DNA of 64,000 bases from assembly GCF_009914755.1 (NCBI RefSeq), contig NC_060926.1. One strand, 5' to 3'. This stretch comes from the human T2T-CHM13v2.0 reference genome, Homo sapiens. Below the pieces are notes generated by a model. That model was not told the origin of the DNA and made no database searches. It worked only from the letters and a program-made list of their open reading frames with translations. A program made the translations under genes and the position numbers. Below, piece by piece: positions 44,690 through 61,620 of this stretch (position 1 is its first letter; each line of letters begins with the position of its first letter).

Positions 44690-45660
44690 TACTTCCACTC
44701 TTTTGAAGATCTTACCTGGTCTCATGGGTTTAATTTCATCTATACAGTGACATATCCCAAATTTGTATCTCTAGCCCAATATGTCTCCTGAATTTCAGAA
44801 GCAGATATTCATCCTACTGATGGGTTCACATCTCCAGTTTTATGTCTAATGAGGTGTCAAGCTGAATATGGCCAAAACTAGTGTAATCCTACTCTAAAAC
44901 CTATACCACCTGCCATTTCCTAATTCAGTAACTAGCAACCCTATTTGACCAGTTACTCAGGGCCCCAAACCTCTCTTGACTGCTCTCATATCCTGTCCAT
45001 CAAGAAGTCCTACTAGTTCTACCCTCAAAATCTATCTGCATCCCAATCATGTCTCACCACCTGCACTTCCCCGCCCTGGTCATAGCCACCGTCTCTGTCT
45101 CACCTGGATACCTCATCCCTTGCCATTCTTAAGAGTGTTTTCACATTCAGAGTGTTTAATACCTACGTCAAGTTTGAGGTCATGTCACTCCTTAGCTTGA
45201 AACACTCCAGTGGTCTTCATCACACTTAATAAAAGCCAAGGTGCTCAGGGTGACTCACTCGCAATCTAGTCTCTACCCCTCTCCAACCAGCTCTCACTGC
45301 TCTGGAGTTCCTCATGCCCTGTTGGCCATGTGGCTTCCCTACTGGCCCTCGGACACACCAGGCTTGCCTCCATGGCTGGACTTTCATGCTGCCTGCCCTT
45401 TCGACCTGGGCTGTTTATTAAATGTCTCCTTCCTAGTTGGCCTTCCCAGGACATCTGGCCTGAAATTGCTCTCCTCCTGCTGTATTTTTCTCCTTAAGTG
45501 GATCACACTCTAAGATCTTTTGTAACTTTTTTTTATTTCTTTATGTTACTTATTGTCCTCCTGTAGGACATGAATTCCACAAGGGCAGGAGATTTTTGTT
45601 TCCCTTTGCTCTGTGTGGTGCATTGCTGTATCCCCAGCATCTGAAACAGTGATTGGCATG
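44690..45660 (+). mobile_element. L2
   Basis: ctggtctcatgggtttaa...; ccacaagggcaggagatttttg...tgctgtatccccagcatctgaaacagt. Confidence 0.75.
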
Positions 45661-45674
45661 AAAGAATAACCCTC

Positions 45675-45777
45675 ACTGGTTGTCTGGGTTCAGTATTTTG
45701 CTTTTCTAAGCTCAGTTGATGCAGAACAACTGGTTTTCTGGGTTCAGTATTTGCTTTTCTAAGCCCAGTTGATGCAG
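45675..45777 (+). repeat. 54-bp tandem duplication
   Basis: actggtt(g/t)tctgggttcagtattt...cagttgatgcag at 45675 and 45729. Confidence 0.9.
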
Positions 45778-46231
45778 TGTTGGTATGTGCGGCCATGTTA
45801 GATGTTAGAACACTGACATCCTTACCACTGATGAGTCAATAGCCACTGCCCCCGACCCTCCTGATATTTTATGGTCCGAGTAATTACTAGATGCATCTAC
45901 ATTTAAGGCTGCAAACATGAATTTACTGGAGGAAGCACAGTGGTGGTGGATGACCCAATCTCTCTCTCAAACTTACCAAAATCACCAAGGAATCATAAAT
46001 CCACCCCTCTTTGCATCTTCCAAGCAAAGGAAATTGTAGAAAACACAAGTGAAACTGTTTCACAGAGATATCAGCAATACATAGCAAATTTGAGATGATG
46101 GAGATTAAGAGGAAAATTAAATCATTCTTAAGTGGTCAAGGTAAAAACATTATTGTGCGGTTCGCTATAGTTACATTTAAAACAGTCCGAAGTCAAACAA
46201 CTCTAGTCTGATTAGTCTTGTCATTGATATG

Positions 46232-46560
46232 TGCTGTCTTAGAATTCTCCGGAGAGACAGAGCTAATAGGAGATTATCTATCTATGTATCTATGTATCTA
46301 CCTAATCTATCTATACTCTCTCTATCTATTTTAAGGAACTGACTCATGAGATTGTGGGGCCTGGCAGTCTAAAAGCTACAAGGCAGGCTGGCAGACTGGA
46401 AATTCAGATAAGAGTTGGTGTTGTAGTCTTGACTCTGAATTCCATAAGGCAGCCAGTCGGAATTTCAGGCGGGGTTTCTGTGTTGCAGTCTTGAGGCAGA
46501 ATTCCTTCTTCTTTGGGAAACCTCAGTCTTTGCTCTTCAGGCCTTCTGCTGCTCACATTC
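46232..46560 (-). mobile_element. MLT2 (ERVL) LTR fragment
   Basis: ttctccggagagacagagctaatagga(TCTA)n ttttaaggaactgactcatgagattgtgg. Confidence 0.75.
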
Positions 46561-46919
46561 CACAGTGCTGTCCTTCTGGCCATCCTTCATGCTTTTGTGT
46601 TGCCTGTCCCATTGCCCTTAATCTTATATGGAAAAATGGAAATAAATTCAGAGCGGAAACTTATCTAAAAGTTTTGAGGGAAAAATGATCGAAACCAGAA
46701 TTATTCACAGGACAACTTGTTCTATGAATAATTTTTGAAAAGGAACCATTTCCTCTACAGCTGGCTTATTATGAGGAGCTTGATGATAAAATATTGGCAA
46801 GGCCTCCAGTGGACATTTATCGTGTTGTGACAGATCCCAGAAATGAATCTGGGTCTCCCGACTTCAATACAGTTCTCTTCTTATTACATAATGAGAGAAT
46901 ATGATTTTCTACTCTTTTC

Positions 46920-47556
46920 TTTTACTTTACTTGTTGAGAAACAACTAATATTCAATTAAAAGCATCAATCTTACATATTCAGTTGAATGAGATTCAGCAA
47001 TCATATCCCCCATGTATCATCATCCATATCACCATCCCAACAGCACAGAAAGCATTTCTTCTTCCCAGAGAGTTGCCCTCACACCTTTCCAATCAAATTT
47101 CCACATACTCTCTAGTTTCCAGCATGATAGATTATAATTTGCCTATTGTTGGGCTTCCTATAGGTATGATATGTAATATGTAGTCTTCTGTGTTTAGTTT
47201 CTTTTGCTTAGCATAATTTTTCAGGAGCAAGGCTTTATTATTTTTTTGTTTGGAAATGAACTCAGAGTTACATAACATGATGTTTTTGACAGTCATCCTA
47301 TGGTTATATCAGTATTTCCTTCCTTTTCATTGCTGAGTAGTTTACATTAAAAAAAGGATCCATTCTCCTGTTGATAGACATTTGGATTATGTTTAATTTT
47401 TGGTATTATGAGTATGGCATTTATGAACATTCTTTTACAAGTGTTTTGTGGATATGTTTGTTAATTCTCTTGGGTAAGGGGGGAGTTATTGAGCCATACA
47501 GTAGATGTTCTTTAACTTTTTGTTAGGTTTTATATATATATATATATATATATATA

Positions 47557-47588
<32 letters not shown>

Positions 47589-48633
47589 GGTGTATATAAT
47601 TTATATACACTAAAATACACACATTTTTAAGTGTAAAGTTCAATAAGTTTTGATACATGTATACTCCATTGGCTTTGTTTTGTATTGCTATAAAATAATA
47701 CCTGAGGCTGGGTAATTTATTAAGAAAAAGTTTATTTGGCTCATGATTTTAATGGCTGCAAAGTTCAAGACTGGGCAACTGCATCTGGTGAGGGCCTCAG
47801 GCTGCTTCCAATCCTGGTGGAAGGTTAAGGGGAGGTGGCTTGTGCAGAGATCACATGGGAGAGAAGAAGCAAGGGGTGGGGGAGTGCTAAGTTCTTTTTA
47901 ACAGCCAGCTCCCATGGGAAGTAATAGAGTGAGAACTCACCACCAAGGGAGGGGATTGAAGGAGGGAATTAATCTATTCATGAGGGATCCACCCCCATGA
48001 CCCAAATGCTCCCCCTTAAGCCCCACCTTCAATATTGGGGATCAAATTTCAACATGAGGTGAGGAGGGTACAAATATCCATGCATACCACCTCTGAAACC
48101 ATCATCTCAATTGACATATTCCACAAATCTCTCTCATACTCCTTTATAAGTAATTGCTACCCTTCATCTTCCATTCTAGGTACCCACTCACTGGCCTTGC
48201 AGTTTGGGAACATTATATAAATGGGACGATATAATATGCATTCTTTTAAAACTGGCTTCTTTCATTCAGTATGTTTCTAAGATTCATCAGTAGTTCTTTT
48301 TTTTTTTTTTGCTGAGTAGTGTTCCATTGTATGAATATAGAATAGTTTAGCCATATATGTGCTGACGGTCATTGGTCTTGTTTCCAGTATTTGGCTATAT
48401 GAATTGAACTGGTATGAACATTTGTGTACAAGTCTTTTTGTGTGCATAAGTTTTTATTTCTCTTAGGTAAATCCCCAGGAAGAGAATTTCTGGAGTGTAA
48501 CACAAGCACATAATCAGAAACTGCCAAACTATGTTCACTGTATCATGTTACACTCCATCAATGATGCATGAGAGTTCTAGGTGTGCCACATCCTTGCCAA
48601 AATTTGGTATTGTCAGTCTTTTTTATTAGCTAT
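46920..48633 (-). mobile_element. Old L1M 3' region, antisense, interrupted by (TA)n(TG)n and an MST LTR
   Basis: ccattctcctgttgatagacatttgg; gctgagtagtgttccattgtatg; continues after the L1PA at 54795. Confidence 0.75.
47665..48089 (-). mobile_element. MST-type (MaLR) solo LTR
   Basis: ttgctataaaataatacctgaggctgggtaatttat...ggatcaaatttcaacatgag. Confidence 0.85.
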
Positions 48634-49677
48634 GAAATAGAATCTCGATATTGTGGAGCCAAGATGGCCAAATAGGAACAGCTACAGTCTACAGCTCCCA
48701 GCGTGAGCGACACAGAAGACAGGTGATTTCTGCATTTCCAACTGAGGTACTGGGTTCATCTCACTGGGGCGTGTCGGATAGTGGGTGCAGGACAGTGGGT
48801 GCAGAGCACTGAGCGTGAGCCAAAGCAGGGCGAGGCATCGCTTCACCCAGGAAGTGCAAGGGGTCAGGGAATTCCCTTTCCTAGTCAAAGAAAGGGGTGA
48901 CAGATGGCACCTGGAAAATCGGGTCACTCCCACCCTAATACTGTGCTTTTCCAATGGTCTTAGCAAATGGCACACCAGGAGATTATATCCTGCACCTGGC
49001 TTGGAGGGTCCTACACCCGTGGAGCCTCGCTCGTTGCTAGCAGAGCAGTCTGAGATCAAACTGCAAGTTGGCAGCGAGGCTGTGGGAGGCGTGCCCACCA
49101 TTGCTGAGGCTTGAGTGGGTAAACAAAGCAGCCGGGAAGCTCGAACTGGGTAGAGCCCACTGCAGCTCAAGGAGGCCTGCCTGCCTCTGTAGACTGCACC
49201 TCTGGGGGCAGGGCATAGCTAAACAAAAGGCAGCAGAAACCTCTGCAGACTTAAATGAACCTGTCTGACAGCTTTGAAGAGAGTAGTGGTTCTCCCAGCA
49301 CGCAGCTGGAGATCTGAGAACGGACAGACTGCCTCCTCAAGTAGGTCCCTGACCCCCGAGTAGCCTAACTGGGAGGCACCCCCCAGTAGGGGGCAGTCTG
49401 ACACCTCACACAGCTGGGTACTCCTCTGAGACAAAACTTCCAGAGGAACGATCAGGCAGCAACATTTGCTGTTCACCAATATCCGCTGTTCTGCAGCCTC
49501 TGCTGCTGATACCCAGGCAAACAGGGTCTGGAGTGGAACTCCAGCAAACTCCAACAGATCTGCAGCTGAGGGTCCTGACAGTTAGAAGGAAAACTAACAA
49601 ACAGAAACGACATCCACACCAAAACCCCATCTGTATGTCATCATCATCAAAGACCAAAGGTAGATAAAACCACAAAG

Positions 49678-50694
49678 ATGGGGAAAAAACAGAGCAGAAA
49701 AACTGGAAACTCTAAAAATCAGAGCACCCCTCCTCCTCCAGAGGAACACAGCTCCTCACCAGCAATGGAACAAAGCTGGATGGAGAATGACTTTGACGAG
49801 TTGAGAGAAGAAGGCTTCAGATGATCAAACTACACCGAGCTAAAGGAGGAAGTTCGAACCCATGGCAAAGAAGTTAAAAACCTTGAAAAAAAATTAGATG
49901 AATGGCTAACTAGAATAACCAATGCAGAGAAGTCCTTAAAGGACCTGATGGAGCTGAAAACCATGGCACGAGAACTACGTGATGAATGCGCAAGCCTCAG
50001 TAGCCGATTTGATCAACTGGAAGAAAGGGTATCAGTGACGGAAGATCAAATGAATGAAACGAAGTGAGAAGAGAAGTTTAGAGAAAGTAGAATAAAAGGA
50101 AACGAACAAAGTCTCCAAGAAATATGGGACTATGTGAAAAGACCAAATCTACATCTGATTGGTATACCTGAAAGTGACAGGTAGAATGGAACCAAGTTGG
50201 AAAACACTCTGCAGGGTATTATCCAGGAGAACTTCCCCAATCTAGCAAGGCAGGCCAACATTCAAATTCAGGAAATACAGAGAACACCACAAAGATACTC
50301 CTTGAGAAGAGCAACTCCAAGACACATAATTGTCAGATTCACCAAAGTTGAAATGAAGGCAAAAATGTTAAGGGCAGCCAGAGAGAAAGGTCGGGTTACC
50401 CACAAGGGGAAGCCCATCAGACTAAAAGCTGATCTCTTGGCAGAAACTCTACAAGCCAGAAGAGAGTGGGGGCCAATATTCAACATTCTTAAAGAAAAGA
50501 ATTTTCAACCCAGAATTTCATATCTAGCCAAACTAAGCTTCATAAGTGAAGGAGAAATAAAATACTTTACAGACAAGCAAATGCTGAGAGATTTTGTCAC
50601 CACCAGGCCTGCCCTACAAGAGCTCCTGAAGGAAGCACTAAACATGGAAAGGAACAACCGGTACCAGCCACTGCAAAAACATGCCAAATTGTAA
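49678..50694 (+). pseudogene. L1 ORF1p, disrupted
   Basis: 1017 nt from ATG GGG AAA to ...HAKL TAA with frame preserved, but in-frame stops at 49822, 50065, 50182. Confidence 0.92.
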
Positions 50695-50757
50695 AGACCA
50701 TCAAGGCTAGGAAGAAAATGCATCAACTAACGAGCAAAATAAATAGCAAACATCATA

Positions 50758-54568
<3,811 letters not shown>

Positions 54569-54794
54569 ACAATGAGAACACATGGACACAGGAAGGGGAA
54601 CATCACACACCACGGCCTGTTGTGGGGTGGGGGGAGGGGGGAGGCATAGCATTAGGAGATATACCTAATCCTAAATGACAAGTTAATGGGTGCAATACAC
54701 AAACATGGCACATGTATACATATGTAAAAAACCTGCACGTTGTGCACATGTACCCTAAAACTTAAAGTATAATAAAAAGAAGAAGTAGAATCTC

Positions 54795-55535
54795 ATTGTG
54801 ATTTTAATTGTTTACATTTATCTAATAACTAGTAACTTTGTGCACTTTGTCCTGTGCTTATTGAACATTGATATATTTTCTTTTGTGAAATATCAGTACA
54901 AGTCTTTTCCTCATTTTAAAAATTGGGCTATTTTATCTTTTTCATATGAACTTGTAAGAGTTATTTATGAAGTATAGATACAAGTCTTTCATCTGATATG
55001 CAAATTATGAGTATTTTGTCTGGACTGTGGCTTAGTCTATTCAAATTCTAATGATGTCTTTGAAGAAGAAAAGTTTCTAATTTTAATAAAGTCCCAGCTA
55101 TGATTTATTTTTCTTTCATGATTAGTGATTTTTGTATCCATTTAAAAAATATGTTCCTACTTCAGGTTTAAGATGTTCTGTTATGTAATACAATCCATTT
55201 TTATTTCATTTTTCTGTATAATATGAGGTAGAGCTTTTTCACATAGAGAGTCAATTTTTCTATCATTATGTGTCGAAGGCAGTGTTTTTCACAATAAACT
55301 TATGTTGGCACTTTAATCAAACATCAATTTACTATATATTTTTGAGTCTACTTCTGGACTCTCTCTTCTTTGATCAACATGTCTGTCTTTATGCCCATAC
55401 CACACTGTTTTCACTATGGTAGCTTTTATATTAAGTCTTAAGGTCAGGTTGTGTAAGTTCTCTGACTTTGTTCTTTTTCTTTAACCATGTCTTGGGTATT
55501 CCCAGGACTTTAATTTGCCATGCAGACTTTAGATT
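54795..55535 (-). mobile_element. Continuation of old antisense L1M
   Basis: attgtgattttaattg...ataccacactgttttcactatggtagct. Confidence 0.75.
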
Positions 55536-56004
55536 TCCATAGAAGCTTTAGAAGCAGATTCTGCTGCTGGGAGAATAAGTTACACTGACCTCAGGACAAA
55601 AGATGTACATGAACTAAATAAAGGACGACAAATGCAGACCACAGCAATAAAGTCTGTGGAATTAGTATGTGAGAAATTACACAATGGTCTAAAATATTAG
55701 TCTTGAAGGGATCTTAATGATGATTTAGTCATTTCACATGTGCAAACTGTTAAGACTGCTGGCTGTTTTTCACATGGCCACCAGCCCATTTCTTTTTCCT
55801 GAGTGTCTGCAGTCCACAGAGCTTCTTCTGGCTCTCTATGCTCCATCTGTTCTCGGCCCAGGAGTTCCCATGGGACCTCCCAAGGGTGACTCAGGTCTCA
55901 TCTTCCGATAAGATAAAAGAAATAAGACAGATATTCGGGGTAGAGATGTAAGAGCATGGTGAAAGACAGACTGCTCCTGTTTAGATCCATATATAAAAGC
56001 TTTA

Positions 56005-56394
<390 letters not shown>

Positions 56395-56617
56395 CTACTT
56401 GGTGCTCTTCCAGGCACATGAGCTATATCAATAGACAAAACTCACAAAAATAATATTGCCTTCTGGAGGTCATATTCCAATGGATAAAACAGAAAATAAT
56501 AAACATGATGCATAAGTAGAATGTTAGAAGTGATGAATGCCTTAGAAAAAGATTGGAGCAGGTTAAGGAGATGGGGATTGGGAGAGGAGACATTGCAATT
56601 CAAAATTGATTGGTCAG

Positions 56618-57120
56618 GAACTCAAACAAATACTTGGACACCGATAGCAGCATTATTCAAAATAGTCAATAGCTAGAAGCAACCCAGATGCCCATTAAGG
56701 GATGAATGGATAAACAAAGTGTGGTAGGCACACACAGTGGAATATTATTCAGTCATTAGAAACAATAAAGTACAGACCCATGCTACAATATGAACAAAAC
56801 TTGGAAAGATTATGCTAAGTGAAATAAGGCAGTCACAAAGGGCACTTATTGTGTGACTCCATTTATAGGAAATATTCAGAATAGATAAACCCATAGAATC
56901 AGAAAGCAGATTGGTGGTGGCTATGGGTTTGTGGTGGAAGAGGAAGAATGGGGACTTCATGTTAATGGGTATGGGGTTATACTCGGGGATGGTGAAAATG
57001 TTTTGAAACTAGATAGAGTTAGTGGTTGTACCACATTGTGAATGTACCAAATGTCACTAAATTGTGCACTTCGAAATAGTTAATTTTATGTTATGTAAAT
57101 TTCAGCGCAATTTTTAAAAA
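56618..57120 (+). mobile_element. L1MB-type 3' end
   Basis: gatgaatggataaacaaagtgtgg...gttaattttatgttatgtaaattt. Confidence 0.8.
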
Positions 57121-57149
57121 TCAGAAGCAAAAAAAGAACAGAAAATTGA

Positions 57150-57825
57150 GTAGTTAGGCTAAGTCTCACAGAGAATGTACAGTTTGAGTGCTCACTTGGA
57201 GGAGGTAAGTTAGCTCTTGGAGGAGGTGGGTAACAGGAAGAAGCTGTCCAGGCAGAAGGAACAATGTCTGCCTAGTGCCTTCAAGGAACAGCAATGAGGA
57301 TACGGGGTTGGAGGGGAGGGGTCAGAGAGGTGATTGGTGGTGTTCCATCGTGTGGTACCTCCCAGCTTCTGTAAAGACGTTGGCTTTTCCTCTGGGTGAG
57401 GTGGAAGACTTTGGAGGCCCCCTTGATTTGACCTAGGTTCTAACAGAATCTCCAGAGTGTCTGTTTTAGGAATATACTTAAGAGGGTACAAGTGGAAGCA
57501 GGGATAGCAATTTAGAAGCAGTTATTAAAATCCAAGTGAGAGACCATGGTGGCTTGGACAAGGATGGTGGCATTGAGAATGGAGAGATGCAATTGCAGGT
57601 AGGATGTCCTTTGAAGATGAAACCATAAGTTGTCCTGATGGATTGCATGTTCAATATGTGAGGAAGAGAAGAGTCAATAATAAATGGAGTCTTGGTCTGA
57701 GCCAACATTCAGCATGGAGTTGTCATCATTACAATTAGAAGACAATGGGAGATGCTGAATTTTCTTTGGGGCAAGGGAGGCAAGGAGGCTGGAGGAGATC
57801 AGAAGTTCTGTTCTGGAGACATGAA
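57150..57825 (-). mobile_element. L2
   Basis: atccaagtgagagaccatggtggcttggacaagg. Confidence 0.7.
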
Positions 57826-57869
57826 GCTTTTGTGAATTCCACTTGTTCCTTGAATATATGATGGTTTCT

Positions 57870-58562
57870 TCTGTTTTTGTTTGTTTGTTTTTTTAAATTT
57901 TAGATTCTAAGGTACATGTACTTGTTTGTTACAAAGGTATATTGCATTACTGGTGGGGACTGGTCTTACCCAAATTGTGAATATTGTACCCAGTAGGTAA
58001 TTTTTCATTCATCACCCCCTACCCTCCCTACTTTTGGAGTCCCCAGTGTCTATTATTTCCATCTTTATGTCCATGAGTACCCATGGTTTAGCTCCCACAT
58101 ATGAGTAAGAACATGTGGTATTTGGTTTTCTGTTTCTTAACTGGTTCACTTAAGATAATGGTCTCCAGCTCCATCCATGTAGCAAAGGACATAATCTCAT
58201 TCTTTTTATGGCTGAATAGTAATCCGTGGTGCATAGGTACAACATTTTCTTTATCTAGTCAACCGTTGATGGACACTTGAGTTGGTTCCATGACTTTCCT
58301 ATTGTGAACCGTGCTGCAGTGAACATACTAGTAGAGGTGGAGAGGTGTCTTTTTTATACACTAATTTCTTTTCCTTAGAAAAGTAGTGAGATTTCTGGGT
58401 TGAATGGTAGTTTTACTTTTGGTTCATTGAGAAATCTTCATACTGTTTTCCTTAGAGATTGAACTAATTGACATTCCCAGCAACAATGTATAAGCATTCC
58501 CTTTTCTCCATATCCATGCCAACATCTGCTGTTTTTTGAGTTTTTGATAATAGCCATTCAGA
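57870..58562 (-). mobile_element. L1PB-type 3' end, antisense
   Basis: ggtacatgtacttgtttgttacaaaggtatattgc...aatagccattcagac. Confidence 0.8.
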
Positions 58563-60454
58563 CGGGTCTTCTGGTTTTTGGAGGGGAGGATTGGGTGAAG
58601 CAAGAAGGAGTTTGGAGGGAAGGAGTGGAGGCTTGAGTGGGCCTAGAGTTTGGAGTATGGGCAAGAAGGATCCCAGAGACAAGCACTTTGCCCACAGCTA
58701 CACAGCTAATGGAGCTGGGGGGCCCAGCATATTCTCCAGAGGCCCAGGCTAGGCCGTCTAGGGGCATGCTTGTTCTGCCCCATCCACTGCAGGTCCTGAA
58801 AACATTTTCATCAATAAAAAAAAATAAAAAAACAGAATAAAAATGATACCCAGATGTCCTCTAGTGAAATGAGGGGAAAAAAAACATCCATCCCCAGCTT
58901 ATTGTGAGAGTCACTGAATGAGAGCCTGACTCACTGAAATTCATATAAGATTAATGTAACCAAGTTCCCTGTCTTTTGACACTGGTTTACAGTAAGAGCA
59001 GGCCACACATGGCCAGCTCTGGAGTGTGTTAGGACATTTACATTTTACATTTCAGTGTGATATCTGCTAAGTCAAATGAAGAAGTCTTGAAAGATACCTT
59101 CTAAGTTCGGAAGTATTTGAGTGTCACATTCCATATGCCAGCAGTTAGTTGTTGCCCTCAAAACATAAGGTTTTGTTTGTTCTTTTGTTTTTTGTTTTTT
59201 TAATGGTTATGTAAGTGAAGTAGATTATAAATAGGCACATACAGGATTTCAAAACTGTAACAAAATTAAGAAAAAGCTGGTTCAATGAGCTTAGATTCTA
59301 TGAGATTAATCTGAAAAGGGAGAGTAGTTATGAGAAGTCTTAAAAAAGTGGGTGTTTGCCAGAGAAACAAGCGGACACTGGAAGATTTCTGATTAAGTTG
59401 GCAGAAATTTATGGGTGCTTAAAATGCCTTGCTTTATTCATGTATTAGAAGCCCTTGCCTTTTTGCAGTTTGTCTTAAGTTGCTATAAACTACTCTCTGT
59501 TATGTTGAATGGTGCCTGAATAGTGAGAAGCCAAAATAATTTAGTTCTTTTCAAAGAAGAAATTATAGACTAGCTTATTTTAATAACCCAGTCCAAATTA
59601 TAAAAAGAAAAGCTTTACCAGCCTAATCTCTGGTATAGAGAATGTTCTCTTTTTTTAGTTGACATTGGGGGGAGAAAAGCTTGACTTTGAAGTTCAGCAA
59701 GTCTGGTTTCAACCCCAGCCACAACTGGGTGAACTTTGTCAAATTACTTAAACAGTCTTATCCTTGGGTTTTTATTTGTAACTATAAAATTTGAGTGATG
59801 TTAATGATAAGTACCACAGAGTATTGTACTTTGAATGAAAGGTCTTAATTGTCAAATGAACAACTGAATTATTTTATAGGAAGAGTTCAACTTTAATAAA
59901 TACTCCTGCAGAATTTCATCATTATGATGTTAAAATTGATGGAAGCTTTATTTTTTAAACTGAGAAACTAATGCTTACGTGGCCTAGTTTAAGAATGAAT
60001 GCTCCAACTTAATACATGTTTTAAAAAGATGTTTTGGGATACCAAATGTAAAAGAATTCCGAGTTTGTGTTATTTTATTGAACAAACCTATTCAGCACTT
60101 GGGGAATCGCAGGCAGCATTGCAGACTCGCTGGCTCCTGGCTGTGATCTCACACCCAAACTGCAATAATATCCTGATAAAACGGACTTCCACAAGTAGGT
60201 CAAGAATAATAATGTGCAGACCTAATTCCTCTAATTTACGGCGAACATCTCATGGTCAATCTCCCCGCGGTCAAAGGACTGTGTATCTCTTCCTCTCAGA
60301 GCCACTCCACAGGCTGAAAGGCTGACTAAACCCCTGACAGATAAGAGATTCAAGAGTAGTCCCAGCCCCCATGGGGAGCAAAGACGCTGGCTCAAAAAAC
60401 GTACTGATAACTCTCCCTTTTGCAGCTACTCCTTTCTGAACCTTCCACAAGCAG

Positions 60455-60715
60455 TGGCAGTTGGATTCTGTGATTAGTCTAGTCTTCAGAGCCAGCCTTC
60501 TTGAGTTCAAATTCTGACTTCACCCCTTAATGTGAAGTGACATGGGCAAGTTGCTTAATCTCTCTGTGCCTCAGTGTCCTTGTCTGTAAAATGGGCATCA
60601 TAATAATAGCGCCTGCCACATTGGGTGAGTGTGAGAATGAAGGAATTAATACATGTAAATCACTTAGACTGTGTCTGGCATAGAGGACATTCTAAAGAAA
60701 AGTTAGCTATTATCA
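60455..60715 (+). mobile_element. MIR
   Basis: gtgacatgggcaagttgcttaatctctctgtgcctcagtgtccttgtctgtaaaatggg. Confidence 0.85.
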
Positions 60716-61299
60716 TTATATTATTATATGGGTCTGGAATTAGTTCCTGAATCCTTCTGAGATGTGATGACTTATAAACGTAGGTTGAGTTTACTCATGA
60801 TAGGGTCATCGCAACTATGCATAGCTAAAATCAAATTTTGCTTTTCAAGTTTGTTTTACCTGGAGCCCTAGAGTTCAGGGTTATGGTTTTCTTTGTCACT
60901 CCCCTTGAGGGAAGCTTCTTAGTCACACTCTCCTTCTCTTTCTCTGCACTCTATGCACTCTAGAAAAGCTCCTTTTTTTTTTTCTTCATCCAGGCAGAGA
61001 GGCCTACTGGGACTTAAATCCAAGGAGCTGAAATCTGTTTTGGGATGGGGTGGAGTCACATTCTGGAACCTAGACAGAGAATTTCTAAGTTCCAGAAAGT
61101 GCTGCTTACTTCGCATTTCCTCTCCCCCACCTTTGCTTTTGAAACTCCTGGCACCAATGCTGCCAAGGCTGGCGGAGCTTTCCTGAGTGGTGTCTGCCAA
61201 ATGAGGAGTCAAGGAATATCTGGAAAGGCAGCCTCCAGGTCCCCGATGTCAAGACCATTTAGAACTGAAAGTGTCCCAATATCGGGGTACAGGCAATAA

Positions 61300-61539
61300 G
61301 CATTAGTTATTAATCAGCCTGAGAAGTTGATTCTAAAATAGGAGGAAATGATTCAATTATTTCCTCTCAAGGGATTACTCAATGTTGTTTTTATGTTTAA
61401 ATATTTATTTGTCAACATCAAGAATTCTTAGTACATGATGCACCAGCATTTTTGAACAAGTCATAGATTTGGCCACAAATCAAATTTCAGGATGGGAGGA
61501 GTGTCTCCCCTTTAAAATAGAAGAGAGTGAGTAGTCTAT
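61300..61539 (+). promoter_or_regulatory. IL1RL1: IL1RL1 proximal (fibroblast/sST2-biased) promoter
   Basis: Immediately upstream of exon 1b; TATA-like TTTAAAA at 61511-61517. Confidence 0.7.
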
Positions 61540-61620
61540 GAGGAGGGACCTACAAAGACTGGAAACTATTCTTAGCTCCGTCACTGACTCCAAGTTCATC
61601 CCCTCTGTCTTTCAGTTTGG
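61540..61620 (+). other. IL1RL1: IL1RL1 non-coding exon 1b
   Basis: Matches the recalled sST2 mRNA leader gaggagggacctac...cagtttgg; donor TGG|GTAAGC at 61621. Confidence 0.88.
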
